The notes below the pieces were generated by a model. That model was not told the origin of the DNA. It did no database searches and saw only the letters and a list, made by a program, of their open reading frames with translations. From assembly GCA_950097015.1 (NCBI GenBank), contig CATNEN010000011.1, positions 1,426,001-1,490,000 of the forward strand: 64,000 nt of DNA, in the 5' to 3' direction. The position numbers and the translations under genes are program-made. The stretch is from Macrostomum hystrix. Lineage: Eukaryota; Animalia; Platyhelminthes. Positions 23,267-36,080 of this stretch are shown piece by piece (the first letter of the stretch is position 1; every line of letters starts with the position of its first letter).

Positions 23267-24218
23267 TGCCGTAAACCACTAAGTCGACTGGACGACTAAA
23301 CGGTCGAATTGGTATCGAATGTGCTAATTCCGTCTATAAAGCGTCCTGATGTTATTTCATAGCAGACCAGACAGCGCTTATATACACAAGCAGACACATT
23401 GTGCTGCTGTGTCTTCTACCCATAAGGCCGTGGAGACTGGCAATGGGGAGGGTTCCATTTTTTCTTGCCTTTTTTTGGAAGCTCTTGTGGCATAGGCTAA
23501 GCTGGATTAAGACTAGGCCAGCCGTCAGCGAGATCCGCAGAAAAATAATGCCAGAATTCCAACGAGTCGGCCTCTATACACTCCATCTCTGCCTCGCCGG
23601 AGTTCAAAGAGGATGCCGCCAAATGTAGCCTGGAGCTTAAAAAACGAAGGCGGATAGCGAAGCCGCTCTCAGACTATCTAGATCCAGTCCAATCCGATCT
23701 AGTCGAGGCACATGAAAATCCATAGCTAGGAATTCTGCAGGCGTTTCGCTTGAGGTTGGCCGCATCGGGCGAGACCCCGCCGCGTTTAGGACCCGACTGT
23801 TCCGTCACTGCCAGAGCCTCATGGGGTGGGCCTGCAGATGCGTCTGTCAATCAGGCAAGTGGTGTTCCAAGCCACCCGGGTGCCCGCAGCCCACAAACAG
23901 TTCAATGTAGGCAAGGTAGACGTTCCACTAATATGTTAGTCGACCCAATCAGTTGATTGGCAGTTTCAAAACTGCTTTGCCTCGCTGCAGCGAAGCAGAC
24001 GGAGCAGCCAGTCTTGGTACCAGCCCACTTTTGGTTCCAAGGTGCGGCGGGTCACAGCAATTAGTATCTACTAGCAACTATGCCCCCTTTCGAGAGCATT
24101 AACCTGCATGGAAATATCTGTGCAATTACAAAAGTTTTTCAGTCTGTCAAACAATGCTACCCTTCCGATGAATCATATTACCCCTCTATAATTCATGCTA
24201 CTCCCTTGATAAACCATG
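22460..24218. repeat. Inverted repeat (arms ~22460-22570 and ~24095-24218) enclosing sFRP-B exons 1-2
   Basis: GACAGACTGAAAAACTTTTGTAATTGCACAGATATTTCCATGC on the left has a perfect reverse complement on the right. Confidence 0.85.
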
Positions 24219-24680
24219 TTGTTTGTTGTTGTTGAGCAAGACACTAAAACTCCACTAGTGTTTCAGTTCAAACCAACTGTAGTGTTAGCTGGCTATAGAA
24301 ATATGAGCGGCCGTGACGGAATCCTTAGTCACACAGAAGGCTTAACTGGACTAGGCTTTTTTAACTTCCAAATCTCTTTTCTGTATGAATTGAAGCTATA
24401 TGATAGCCAAGCCAAAGTGTATAGAAAGTAAAGCATAATAAAATCTTCTGTAAATGCTTTTATAAGTTACTAATCAAGAAACAATTCTTTGAGTTCTCTT
24501 TTTATTTACACAACAGAACATTTATTTTTCTGACTCAGCTGCAGTTCCTGCAGAAAATGCACAAAACAAAAATATGAACAAAAAAAACAAAAAAACAAAT
24601 AGACGAGTTTCTTAGTGCAGCCCTGTTTTGGTCATAACATTTTTTCTGAGAAATGCGTAACAATTCAATAATCAACAGTG

Positions 24681-25963
24681 TTACAATCCCCAGCTAGTGA
24701 ACAATAATCTACGATTCGATGACGAAGAATTTGAAGCGGCAGCATTGTTCTGCTCATCCTCTTCATCATTTTCATCCTGCTCACTGTCAACTGGCTTTTG
24801 CTGCTGCTGCTGCCGATGCTCTAAGTTCCAAGCGTCCTCAGAAGAGGCATTGCAGAAGAAATCATGACTACGCTTCTGCTGACAAGCTGGCTTAGCTGAG
24901 TCTAACAGACGCGACAGGCGATCATTGTAGCTATGCCACCGGTGCTCCAACACGCATTCGATTAGTTCGAAGCGATGTTTCAACGCATTGAACGGTTGGC
25001 CATCTAGCTGAGCCTGTTTCTCAGCGTCGGCCAGTTGTTGCCTAATAACATCCAGTCTGCGGCGATGCGATTCGCGCATTTCAGCAAGCGAAGCGGCGCG
25101 CGCCGCATGACGACTTTCCAAACGGATTTGACATTCGGCCAACTGGGCGTTGCTGATTCTGAGGCGATCTTCCAGATCGGCTAATTCAACGTCGCAGGCT
25201 CGATTTCTCTTAAGCCAGTGCTCCACCCGCAATTGTTTGCCAGTTTCCAAGGATTTCCGCTGCGAACAAAGTCGAGCAGTCTCGGCAGCGGCTTCTGCTA
25301 GAGCGCGCGTAGCGGACTCGAGTCGCAAAGCAGCCGAATGAGCCGCAGCCTGAGCAGCAGTCCGCTCGGCTCCGGCGAGTTTCTCGCCCAGCTCAACTGT
25401 CTGTCGCGATTGACGCTCTTTTAAGTCGGCGCATTTTGTGCGCAATTCGTCCGCAGTGGCGGCAAGGCCTCTTAAATTGGCGTCCAATTCGGCAATCTCC
25501 AAAGCCGATGGAGATCGGCATTTAGACGCCTTTGTGCAGCAGGTCACTTCTTCTACACTGCCGAAGTTGATTTTTGAATTTTCAAACGATATTAATTGAT
25601 TCACAATTTCCAACTGGTTGCTAAATAACTCGATGCTACGTTCTGCAACAGCATCATTCCTGATTAGTTCTTCCACAATGCATCGCAGTATATTGATCAA
25701 CTGATTGTAACCTCCAGGCATTGACTGAAAGTTAAAAAAAGATAGAAAAATGTTTTTTTATATAGTTACACGCTTATATAAAGATAGAATACGCATCTAT
25801 TTACCAGAAATTCATTCCAATCTACATCTGGCAGGGCCAGCTCCTCCGTTGAGTCTTCAGACGTGGTGGAGCAATCGTCAGGCGCAGCTGGCTCATCTGG
25901 GCTAGCATCCAGTTCGCGGTCTTCAAGTAGTGAAAGTACGGAAAGAAAATTCGCTGTTAGATC
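24681..25963 (-). CDS. Uncharacterised long coiled-coil protein (exons 25963-25805 and 25724-24681; 5' end unresolved)
   Basis: 346-codon open frame with heptad-like E/L/A/R/Q composition. Phase-0 GT-AG intron at 25804-25725. Acceptor ttcttgcag|GAT at 25963. Confidence 0.6.
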
Positions 25964-27554
25964 CTGCAAGAATTTGGCAAACACATGTCAGAAAGAATCA
26001 AGCAGAAAAAAAAAACTTCGGTACTAAGTAAGGCCTAAGTAAACTACTTAAATTCTTCAAAAGGCTTAACCCAAACAAAAGTTCGGTACAGACGATTTGG
26101 TTGAAAAGCAAACAAATCAGCCAACAGATGGATGATGACAAAGCAAAAAGTGAAGCTTGAGGGACCACTTGAAGTGCAAGAAGGTGCAGCAAGTGCACAT
26201 CTAGAGATAGACAGCCGACATTGCTTTTTTAAGCATCCCTTTAGCTGAGAGAGAGAGGCGACACCTGGCTATGGGATCACTAGGATGGTTGATGGACAGG
26301 GAAAACCGTGTAGGAAGAGACGAAGCGGAATTGGGAAATCCAAAAATTGGGAAAACAGATTGCAGGATTGACAGCAGCAACAGCAGCAGCAGCGGCGTCA
26401 GACAATTAGGAGCAAGTATTCAGAAAAAGACAAATTTAATCTTAAATTATCATTCTATTTCAAGCATCACGCGAAAAGGCCGCAGACTTCAATGCAGACT
26501 TGAAAATGCAACTATTTTGCTGACGTACAACGTATACATACAACAGACATAGTGCATATACATACATTCGTTCAAGCAGTGCTTTTCCTATCTCTCATTT
26601 GTTTTGTTGCGCTAATCCATCACTACGGTTCCCTTACTAGCCAGAGTTGCAGACTTCAGATGGTATCCGACTGTGAAGACACATGAAGCACGCGCAACAG
26701 CAGTCGGTCGTCTGCGCGGCGGCAAACTTCAAAAGAAAGTTAAAGAGAACAGAAACGGGCAGGGTCCCGTTACTTTTTTACTAATGCATAATGACGAGGG
26801 CGAACAAATGGTTTGAAGAGTGTGGGAGACAGGCGGCGAGAGGCTAGCCCCATCAAATAATTTTGCCGAACCCTGCAAAAAACTTTCATTTCAGAGTTCG
26901 ACACTCTAAAACCCAAGACTTTACGTTGCCCGTTACGATTATTTGCATAATCAACGAAGCGCAAAAATCTACGAGATGGACAGGGCAAATAGGCCGTCGC
27001 CTTTAAGCAGCATCAAACTTGGCTAAGTCTAGCAGCCGATATGTATAGAAAAATGTAAAATTCAAAACAATTTTTTTACTTTCATTAAGAGGTCTGCACA
27101 CGGTTTAAGAGAATCTTACGATTCTTTAACTAATTTGGCAAACTTTTCTACACTTAATATATATATTGTAGGTGCCGAAAAAGACAAAAAGGAAAGATAC
27201 GGCTGATTACATTACTAGAAGTAGGTAGTTAGGCATACATTTTATATGCGTATAAGCTGTAACCATTTATTTTCATTTTAAGGACTGAAAAATGCTACGC
27301 GAGTTATCTGTTATCAACAAAAATTACAGAAACAAATGTTATGGTGGACAGCATTGCAAGACTTAAAAGCATGCAAGGTTGCGCCGATTACAGTGAAGTT
27401 TGGGGCAGGCAGTCTAGAATAAAATATTATAATTACATTTGTACTGTTGTATAAACAAATGAAAACAAATAAAATGCAATACACACTATACTACTTATAT
27501 GATAAGGACAGGGACAGGTTAGAATATTATGCCTAAATTAGTTTTTCATTCTGT

Positions 27555-28258
27555 TCAACGCGGCTTCGCTCGTTTCTTTGTCAGCACAGACAGGAGGCCG
27601 GCGTGAGTGCCGCCGTTCGATCGCTTCCGCCTTGAAGCCGCCGCCTGCTGCTGCTGCTGCTGCTCAACTAGCTCCCTAAGCAGGCTGCACGAATCCAGCT
27701 CGGTTAAGAAAGCTTTAATCAACGGATCGTAATCGTAACGGCGGCGACAATCGTCGGTGCGATATTTGGCGTACTTTTCGTGTTCCTCGGTCAATTGTTG
27801 GCGGCACTGGGTCAGCGACTCTTCAACCATTTTCATCAGCTGCAGCAGCTCCGAGGGGCTGAACGAGCGCAGACCGCCGGCCGTAGTCGAACTGGAAGCT
27901 GACGGTATGGGAGCCGACGGAGCTGCGGCTGTGGCGGCGGCGGCTGATGCGGCAGCAGCAGCAGCAGCTTGACTGTCTCTCCTAGCGGCCGCTCTAGTCG
28001 AGTACTTGTTAGCCCCGATGCCGCCGCTAGCGGCTGCAGCACTGCTAGAGGACTGCGACACCGTCGCGGCCGAAGTCAGCTGCGGACTGTTGGCGCTGGA
28101 AGACAGCGGACTAGCCGCTGTGGACGGTCCAGACGATGAGTGACGCCTAGATGCTGCGGCGGATGCTGGGTTGCTTGTCAACGGATTCGTCGTCTCGATG
28201 GTTAGCGGCTTGGTGATATCGGTGACTTCCACTGGGGGATTGCGGATTAGAGTCACGA

Positions 28259-28289
<31 letters not shown>

Positions 28290-31200
28290 AGGATCTGAAG
28301 AAGGCTGGAAAGAGCTGCCATCACTGCCAACTGGCTGCTGCTGCTGTTGCTGATTATTGCGAACCTCTAGTTTGATGGTCGTTGATCCCACAGCAGCTGT
28401 GCCCAGCGAAGATGATAGGTCTTCGACAGCCGCCCGGCCGCCTGCGAAAAGGAAGAAATTTATATTTGATTATTACTAACCAGCAAGGTACATAATGGAG
28501 GTCTACTAACTACAACCAGGGGTTTAGGGTTAAGCCCCTGAACAGACACTCCAATGAATACCAAACAAGACCTTTAAAAAGAAATCTAAATCACACAGCC
28601 ATAAATGTACACAGCAGCACGAACCTGATAGCACAACCCAGCACGAAGTAAGGTGGACAACCTAACACGATCTTAGATGGACATCCTAACACGATCTTAG
28701 ATGGACACCCTAACACGATCTTAGATGGACACCCTAATACGATCTTAGATGGACACCCTAACACAATCCTATATGGACACCCTAACACGATCTTAGATGG
28801 ACACCCTAATACGATCTTAGATGGACACCCTAACACAATCCTATATGGACACCCTAACATGATCTTAGATGGACACCCTAACACGATCTTAGATGGACAC
28901 CCTAACACGATCTTAGATGGACACCCTAACACAATTCTAGATGGACACCCAAACACGATTTTAGGTAGACACCCTTACACGATCTTAGACGGACACCCTA
29001 ACACGATCTTAGATGGACACCCTAACACGATTTTAGGTAGACACCCTTACACGATCTTAGACGGACACCCTAACACGATCTTAGATGGACACCCTAACAC
29101 GATTTTAGGTAGACACCCTTACACGATCTTAGACGGACACCCTAACACGATCTTAGATGGACACGCTAACACGAACTTAGATGGACACCCTAACATGATC
29201 TTAGATGGACACCCAAACACGATCTTAGATGGACACCCCAACACGATCTTAGATGGACACCTAAACACGATCTTAGATGGACACCCCAACACGATCTTAG
29301 ATGGACACCCCAACACGATCTTAGATGGACACCCCAACACGATCTTAGATGGACACCCCAACACGATCTTAGATGGACACCCCAACACGATCTTAGATGG
29401 ACACCCAAACACGATCTTAGATGGACACCCAAACACGATCTTTGATGGACACCCACTCGTAAAACGTACACTCACCAGCTAGCAATTTATCGATGGCGCA
29501 TTCGATAGTATTTAAATTGGCTTCCAGAGTGCCGATTCTTCGTTCCAGTTGACGCCTCTTGTCTGGCACAACGGCCATCAGATTGTACATAATATTACCA
29601 GCCGGCGGAGAGATATTACTAGACGAAGACAAAGACGAAGCAGGACCAGACGGGCCATTGTTAGCAGTAAGGACTGGCCTATCTAAAGGTGTCAGGCCCA
29701 GTCGCTCGCGAATCACCCTCAGAAAAGTCCTTGTCCAGGGCCGCTCCAGTGGGCCGTGATTTCTCGGCTCAGTTTTAAGGCCGTCCAATTCTAATAGGCT
29801 GCCATTGTGCGGAATGAATGACACGAAATGAAACGTGTCTCCATTCGAAGCGTCGCCATCGTCCAATAGGCCGGAGGAGGCGTCCGCGGCGGATGAGCTG
29901 ACGCCGACGGAGCCAACCCCGGAGCCGGAACCCGAAGCGGCGTCGGATGTCGATGAGTTAGCTGACAGATGACTGCCGCTAGCTCCTGACGCTGATCCGG
30001 CAGCTCCTGAACTGCCGACACCGCCGACGTGTCCGGAGTGATGATGAATGTGGCGATGATGGGTTCGCTGATGACCCGGCGGCGGAGGTCGATCGGCTGG
30101 TCTGGCATGACGATTGTGCGCCAGAGCAAGCTCCGGAGTGCGACCGATTGCGTCGCCGCGTCGGGTCGGATCCAGACCGCGGCAGGCCGCCCGCAGCCTG
30201 GTGAGGGTGGGTCCAAGATCCAACTCTGGCGGACTATTCAACAGGATGCTGAGCAGAGAATGAGTAGCGCACGAGTTTGGGACGGTCTGGCGAGCAAAGA
30301 ATAATTCGGAATCGGAGCCGTTCTGACCAACTTTTGATTGCTGCTGCTGCTGCTGCTGCTGCTGGGCGTTGCGTTGGCTGCCAGAACTCGCGGATTGCGA
30401 CTCGGATTTTGCCTGCTGCGGTTGGTGCAGAACAATGTAAATTAAACAGCTTATCTATTATATATACTAAATTAGTTACAGACCCTAACCTGACCTTGAA
30501 TAAGAATACAATTTAAGTTTAATACACCTGCCCCAATTGGGCCAGATGTGCAGCCGTCAGCACAGTCGCAGCTATTGCGCGGAGCATCTGTAGGCTGCGT
30601 ACGGCTGTTCAGTCCATGGACTGGTGGGACCCCACACCCACCCTCAATTACGCAAGCTAATGCTGCCACCAATTTAACCGCTGGGTGAACTAAAGCAATG
30701 CGGAGTGTCTTGCTGTAAAAAGACACATTATTCCAGTGGAATCAGGAATCGAACCCCCGACCTTCAAGATGTGAATCCGGCGCTATAATCACAGAGTATA
30801 GTATGACAGAGAATCCTATCATGATCTTGAGAATCCTACCATGACCTTAAGAATCCCACCATGACCTTGAGAATCCTACCATGACCTTGAGAATCCCACC
30901 ATGACCTTGAGAATCCTACCATGACCTTGAGAATCCTACCATGACCTTAAGAATCCCACCATGACCTTGAGAATCCTACAATGACCTTAAGAATCCTTCC
31001 ATGACCTTGAGAATCCTACAATGACCTTAAGAATCCTTCCATGACCTTGAGAATCCTACCATGACCTTGAGAATCCCACCATGACCTTGAGAATCCTACC
31101 ATGACCTTGAGAATCCTACCATGACCTTAAGAATCCCACCATGACCTTGAGAATCCTACAATGACCTTGAGAATCCTACCAAGACCTTGAGAATCCTACC

Positions 31201-31784
31201 AAGACCTTGAGAATCCTTCCAAGACCTTGAGAATCCTACCGTGACCTTGAGAATCCTACCATGACCTTGAGAATCCTACAATGACCTTAAGAATCCTTCC
31301 ATGACCTTGAGAATCCTACCAAGACCTTGAGAATCCTACCATAAACCTTTACCTTCGCATTAGCCTGTTGGTGCGTTGGTTCACCATTTGCTGCGCTGGC
31401 GCTACCGTGGCTGCTGTTGTTACTTCTCCGCTGCTTAACTGGCCGACGCTCTTCGCTCCATTTGAATAGGAACACAAAGCCATAGACGGTGTCCGCCTCC
31501 TGCATTGGCCTCTGCAAGTCGTAGATCTCTTCAACCTGAACCCCGGTGACGCCCATGTCCTCAATGAGCAAAGTAAATAAGCCCGGATCGCTTTCCAATT
31601 CCAGCCAGTCGACTGGCTCCGGACTGGCTACAGGCGATGAGGATGACGATGACGAGCATTCCGACTTGATCTCGGCTGCCTCTTCGTCATTGCCGGCGGC
31701 AACGGCTGCAGCCGACGCCGAAGCCCTGGATGAACTTGAAGATTGACTCAGCTGAAGGAGAATATAGTGATAACATGTAGACAA
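27555..31784 (-). CDS. BAP1: BAP1/Calypso-like UCH deubiquitinase (exons ~31751/31784-31353, 30415-29476, 28441-27555)
   Basis: [31 protein letters not shown]; [22 protein letters not shown] (catalytic Cys); TFHFVSF (His); ELDGLK (Asp); C-terminal [24 protein letters not shown]; basic NLS. Splice phases are consistent. Confidence 0.92.
28660..29452. repeat. 24-bp minisatellite (CCTAACACGATCTTAGATGGACAC)n in BAP1 intron 2
   Basis: About 33 tandem units. It produces the artefactual [11 protein letters not shown]. Confidence 0.95.
30520..30800 (-). mobile_element. tRNA-derived SINE with CORE-like body, in BAP1 intron 1
   Basis: The minus strand has B box GGTTCGATTCC, then GCAAGACACT..GCATTGCTTTAGTTCACCCAGC..CCAGTCCATGGACTGAAC. 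It is homologous to 42575-42845. Confidence 0.8.
30826..31340. repeat. 20-bp minisatellite (ATGACCTTGAGAATCCTACC)n abutting the BAP1 intron 1 donor
   Basis: About 25 tandem units. Confidence 0.95.
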
Positions 31785-32713
31785 TAGAAATTATACCTGA
31801 CCCCATTGGATCAGATGGTGTAAAACTGTACCTTAATTATGTACACCAACCTAAATTTATAACCCAACTATAAACCCAGTACCAATTCTACAGCTGGGTA
31901 AACTAGAGTTTGTTTTTTAGTCTGCAGTCCGTAGCTTAAAACACTTGTCATATATGTAAATATAATAATAAACGCAGGAGGGCTGTGGGCAGTGGCACGT
32001 CATCTGGTGACACTAGACCAGCAGCCAGCGTGGAGGCAATTCTGTCTATTCCGCTAACCGCTTCGGGGTCTAGCTACGGTCACCAGTGTCTTGTGTACCA
32101 GTGTCTGCAGCCCTCCAGAAAATATTGTAGAGTAAATCTAGACCAGATTATTCTATATACCATTAAAAAAATAAGTAAAAGGTAACGACAGTATAGTTTA
32201 TGGCCGTATGAAATATATAAGCTTCGCAAAATGACAGACATTTTTTAAATAACGCTGACTTTTGTAACAGCCTAATAAAATGCTTAGCAAATGTCTACAG
32301 AATTAAACGTGAAATATAAATTTAGCTAAACATAAATTAGTATGTCATGCCATATAAAAATATAATAGGGAAAATGCTGCTCGAGTAGTTATGCTCAAAT
32401 AAGCGAAAAACAAATGAATACATTTTAAGCATTGAAATGTTATAGAAAACTTTGTATAAATGGACTAGCTAATTACAACCCAACGTTACAAATTGCATGC
32501 AAAAACTGAAATGCATCTTTTTTAAAGTGCAAAATTAAGTATAAAAAAACACGATTGCATATAAATTAATAAGTAAAAGTGTTCCGTATTACTTACAATG
32601 TCAACTAGAAAATACAATTAGCTAAAGTAATACAACTTTTATTATAGAATGACAGAAAATTGTAAATTCCAATTTAAAAGAATCTTAACAATAAATATAG
32701 CAAGCTCCTAAAT

Positions 32714-33525
32714 CAGGGGTTGGCAAACTCCGGCCCGCGGGACAGAAGCGGCCCTCGAAGCTCCCAAATCCGGCCCGTTGCCCCTTCCGACACCTACAGT
32801 ATCCTGTTTCATCTCTCCCGTCTCATCTCTACGCTGTCTCATCTCTCCTCGGTCTCGTCTCTTCCGTGTCTTATCTCTCCCGTCTTATCTCTCCGCTGTG
32901 GCATTATCTTCCATGTCTCATCTCTGTCTTATCTTAATCTCTTATCTCCCATGTCTTATCTCTGTCTTATCATTATTTCATCTAGACTGTCTCATCTCTC
33001 CGCTGTCTAATCTCTGTCTTATCATTATTTCATCTAGACTGTCTCATCTCTACGCTGTCTAATCTCTGTCTTATCTTTATCTCATCTCGACTGTCTCAAC
33101 TCTCCGCTGTCTTATCTTTATCTCATCTCGACTGTCTCATCTCTCCGCTGTCTCATCTCTGTCTTATCTTTATCTCATCTCTTCCATGTCTCATCTCTGT
33201 CTTATCTTTATCTCATCTCGACTGTCTCATCTCTCCCGCGTCCCGTGTCACACCTCTGATGTATTATCTTTCCCTGTCATATCTTCTCAGTCTCATCTTT
33301 CCCGTGTCTTATCCCTCCACTGTCTTATCTTAAACTCATCTCTCCAGCCTCTAACCTCTCATATGTCTCATCTCTACCGTGTCTGATCTCCCCTGTCATA
33401 TCTTCTCTGTCTCATCTTTCCCGTCTCATCTCACCCCTATATAATATTTCTACGTTCAATGCAGCATGCTGTCGTCTTTAAGGTTCTCTCTTTGGCCCGC
33501 TAACTAATAAGTTTGCCGACCCCAG
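32714..33525 (+). mobile_element. hAT-like (Charlie/Tip100-type) non-autonomous element with an internal TCTCATCTC-type repeat
   Basis: TIRs CAGGGGTTGGCAAAC (32714) and GTTTGCCGACCCCAG (33511-33525). GGCCCGC subterminal motifs. Flanks TCCTAAAT / ACCTTAAT match 6/8. Confidence 0.75.
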
Positions 33526-33587
33526 ACCTTAATCGTTGAAAATAGCACCACAGTTACTTCAAAGGAATAGCGAGGTCGAGCAATAAG

Positions 33588-36080
33588 CTACTGTTGCGGC
33601 TGCTGCTGCACTTGCTGTTGAACTTGGCGAAATCGATTAGACAGCTCGCGCATAACACCTGCGTGATTAAGCGATTTTCGTGCAGATCGAATTGTGCCGT
33701 AGTGATCTTTAACGAAACGAGCAAAAGCTGTCGGCGGCCGCAACGCCTGACTGAGCCGTTTGCGTCCGTCCGGCGTGTTGACGAGACACTCAAACTGGTC
33801 CACCCGACAACGGGGACAAACATTGGCTTGTCCGCGGACTAATTTAGAATGTCTGGCCAGCGTGTAATTACAGGCGGAGCATTTGTAAACAAATTTCTTT
33901 TCAACAACGTAGGCGTGACATCGTCTAATAGGCGGCAACGAAGGATGCGCTCGGGCGCACTTGGCCGTCCAAGCCTTCCAGAGTCGGCCGTGGCCATCAT
34001 TGGCGCCGTTGATGAGCCAACAGGCGGCGTGGCACAATTCGTGTACCAGGGTGTCTCGAGTGCGAGATGCAGAATCACACACCTTGACAGATAATTCAAT
34101 TCGGCAGGTGCGAGTAATGCCCACACTAGCTACTGGCTGATTAGCCTGGTTTCGTTCGCTGTCGTTATCATCTGAGCCAATACAATAGTCGGATACTCGC
34201 CGACGCTGATATTTACAATAGCCAGCCGTTGTGGTTAGGCGCCTATTCCAGGTCACAACCAGGTCGGCTGGCAACAGGCCGTCGAATGCCGAATGATTAA
34301 ACAATCGAACAAGATATTGAGCTAATTGATCGCGTCGTTGACGAAATTTGTGCACAAATTGCATCGCCTCCGGGTGACGCCTCTCATCTGGCATATCCTC
34401 GTCTAGAGAGGCCAGAAAATCTGCGTGTCTAACCGGACTAACGGCGCGCAACGGCGTCCAATTGCTGGCTTCGCGACGTCTACGACGCTGCGACTGTGTC
34501 TGAGGCGTGGTCGCTGCTGAAGTAGTGGCCGATCGTGGCAGAGCCATCGGTGGTCGTGACGGCGGCGGACGGCTCTTGGGCTGGGTTGACGCAGTGGCGA
34601 ATGGTCGCGATGCTGGATGGATAATCTCGTCCCTAGAAGAGTCAGACGACTCCGAGGTGAAGATAGCTGATAGGCGAACTGGTTGACGAGGCCGTCTCGA
34701 ACCAACTGCGGATGCCTGATGAGTATTAATACTCTTATTAGTATTCTCCTTGTCTTCATACCGATTTAAAGAACTTGAATGACTATTTAAAGATGCGACT
34801 GGTCGCGATGCTGGAGGAATAATCTCTTCCCTCGAAGAATCGGAGCTAGAAGATGACTCCGAAGTAAAGATGGTTGATAGGCGAAGTGGTCGACGAAGCC
34901 GTCTAGGACCAATCGTGGAGGAAGCGACGGATGCCTGATGACCACTCTCCTTCGCATTCTCCCTACCTGTATCTTCTTTCTCTACTTCACTACCGTCAGG
35001 ACCTGACTGACTATTTGAAGTATGACTAGTACGAGATTCACTATCTTCGTCGCTATTTTCTTCGGAATCAACGCTCGAGTCAACGATGAAACTGTTATCG
35101 CCGTGTCGTTCATTCTTGGGACTATCTTCTGACTCTGGAATAGATTTCTCCTTTCGTTGTTGATGCGTTCTTAAAAAGGCTTCAAATTTTTCATCAGCCG
35201 AATCATCATTGTCGGTACTAATCCGCCGGAAGTTAAACTGCTTGTTTATAGTAACTTGTGGCTCAGCAGTCTGAGCGATAGCGACATTGTCAATTTTTTT
35301 GTTGCTGATTTCGAGTTCGACGGCTGATGTCTGCAATATCGGAACTGTACCAGACGCCGAAGGGGCAGCCTTGGAATCGTCAGAGGTAAAGAATACCGAC
35401 TCCGCTCCAGCTGATGCATAAGAAGAGGCCGCTGCAACATCTTCTGCCGGTACGTTGACAGCAACTGTTGTTTGCTGCTCAGGTGGAACCGATTGAGGCG
35501 AAGTTATTGTTAAATCTTTTAATTTCTGCCAGACCCTACTAATGCTACAGAGACTGCCAGCCAAGTTTTGTTTATTAAATGATTTATCTTCTATTGGTTC
35601 AGTGGCTTCTTCGACAATTATAGTTGGCTGATGCTGCTGCTGCTGCTGATGCACGACGGGCAGGTGAGACAGATCAACAATGCGACTAACATCCGGTGGC
35701 GGCGGCGATTGCATTCGCTTCATAGGCGAACTGGACATAGGAACCGATGTTGCATTCGCAATGGCGGGCATTTCCGAATCGAGACGTTCGCACAGTTGAA
35801 ACTCAGCTTGAAGACTTCTAGCCAGACTATCGCCGCGTCTCAGATCAATGATTCTTGGCTGACGCATCTCAAGGTGAGCGGAGATGCGTTCATTCCTAGC
35901 GCTGAGGCACTTGATGGCGGCATTGATGTCGCCCTGCTCGCACGGCTTACTGGCGTCGCCGCAGCAGAAGGCGAACGAAGCCGATGACGATGCCGAGGAT
36001 GAGAATCCGCCGTTACTGGAGTCGGCGTCGAGATCCACAGGCGGCGAGCGCGCTTTGTCCCTAACTAGGGCCTGGAACAT
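33588..36080 (-). CDS. GCNA: GCNA/ACRC-like protein: long acidic disordered N-terminus, SprT metalloprotease, Zn ribbon, HMG-like C-terminus; single coding exon
   Basis: VTWNRRLTTTAGYC; RIELSVKVCDSASRTRDTLVHELCHAA (HExxH); HGRLWK; YKCSAC..CPRC; TAFARFVKDHY..HAGVMRELS. Confidence 0.88.
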   Translation of the reverse strand: MFQALVRDKARSPPVDLDADSSNGGFSSSASSSASFAFCCGDASKPCEQGDINAAIKCLSARNERISAHLEMRQPRIIDLRRGDSLARSLQAEFQLCERLDSEMPAIANATSVPMSSSPMKRMQSPPPPDVSRIVDLSHLPVVHQQQQQHQPTIIVEEATEPIEDKSFNKQNLAGSLCSISRVWQKLKDLTITSPQSVPPEQQTTVAVNVPAEDVAAASSYASAGAESVFFTSDDSKAAPSASGTVPILQTSAVELEISNKKIDNVAIAQTAEPQVTINKQFNFRRISTDNDDSADEKFEAFLRTHQQRKEKSIPESEDSPKNERHGDNSFIVDSSVDSEENSDEDSESRTSHTSNSQSGPDGSEVEKEDTGRENAKESGHQASVASSTIGPRRLRRPLRLSTIFTSESSSSSDSSREEIIPPASRPVASLNSHSSSLNRYEDKENTNKSINTHQASAVGSRRPRQPVRLSAIFTSESSDSSRDEIIHPASRPFATASTQPKSRPPPSRPPMALPRSATTSAATTPQTQSQRRRRREASNWTPLRAVSPVRHADFLASLDEDMPDERRHPEAMQFVHKFRQRRDQLAQYLVRLFNHSAFDGLLPADLVVTWNRRLTTTAGYCKYQRRRVSDYCIGSDDNDSERNQANQPVASVGITRTCRIELSVKVCDSASRTRDTLVHELCHAACWLINGANDGHGRLWKAWTAKCARAHPSLPPIRRCHAYVVEKKFVYKCSACNYTLARHSKLVRGQANVCPRCRVDQFECLVNTPDGRKRLSQALRPPTAFARFVKDHYGTIRSARKSLNHAGVMRELSNRFRQVQQQVQQQPQQ

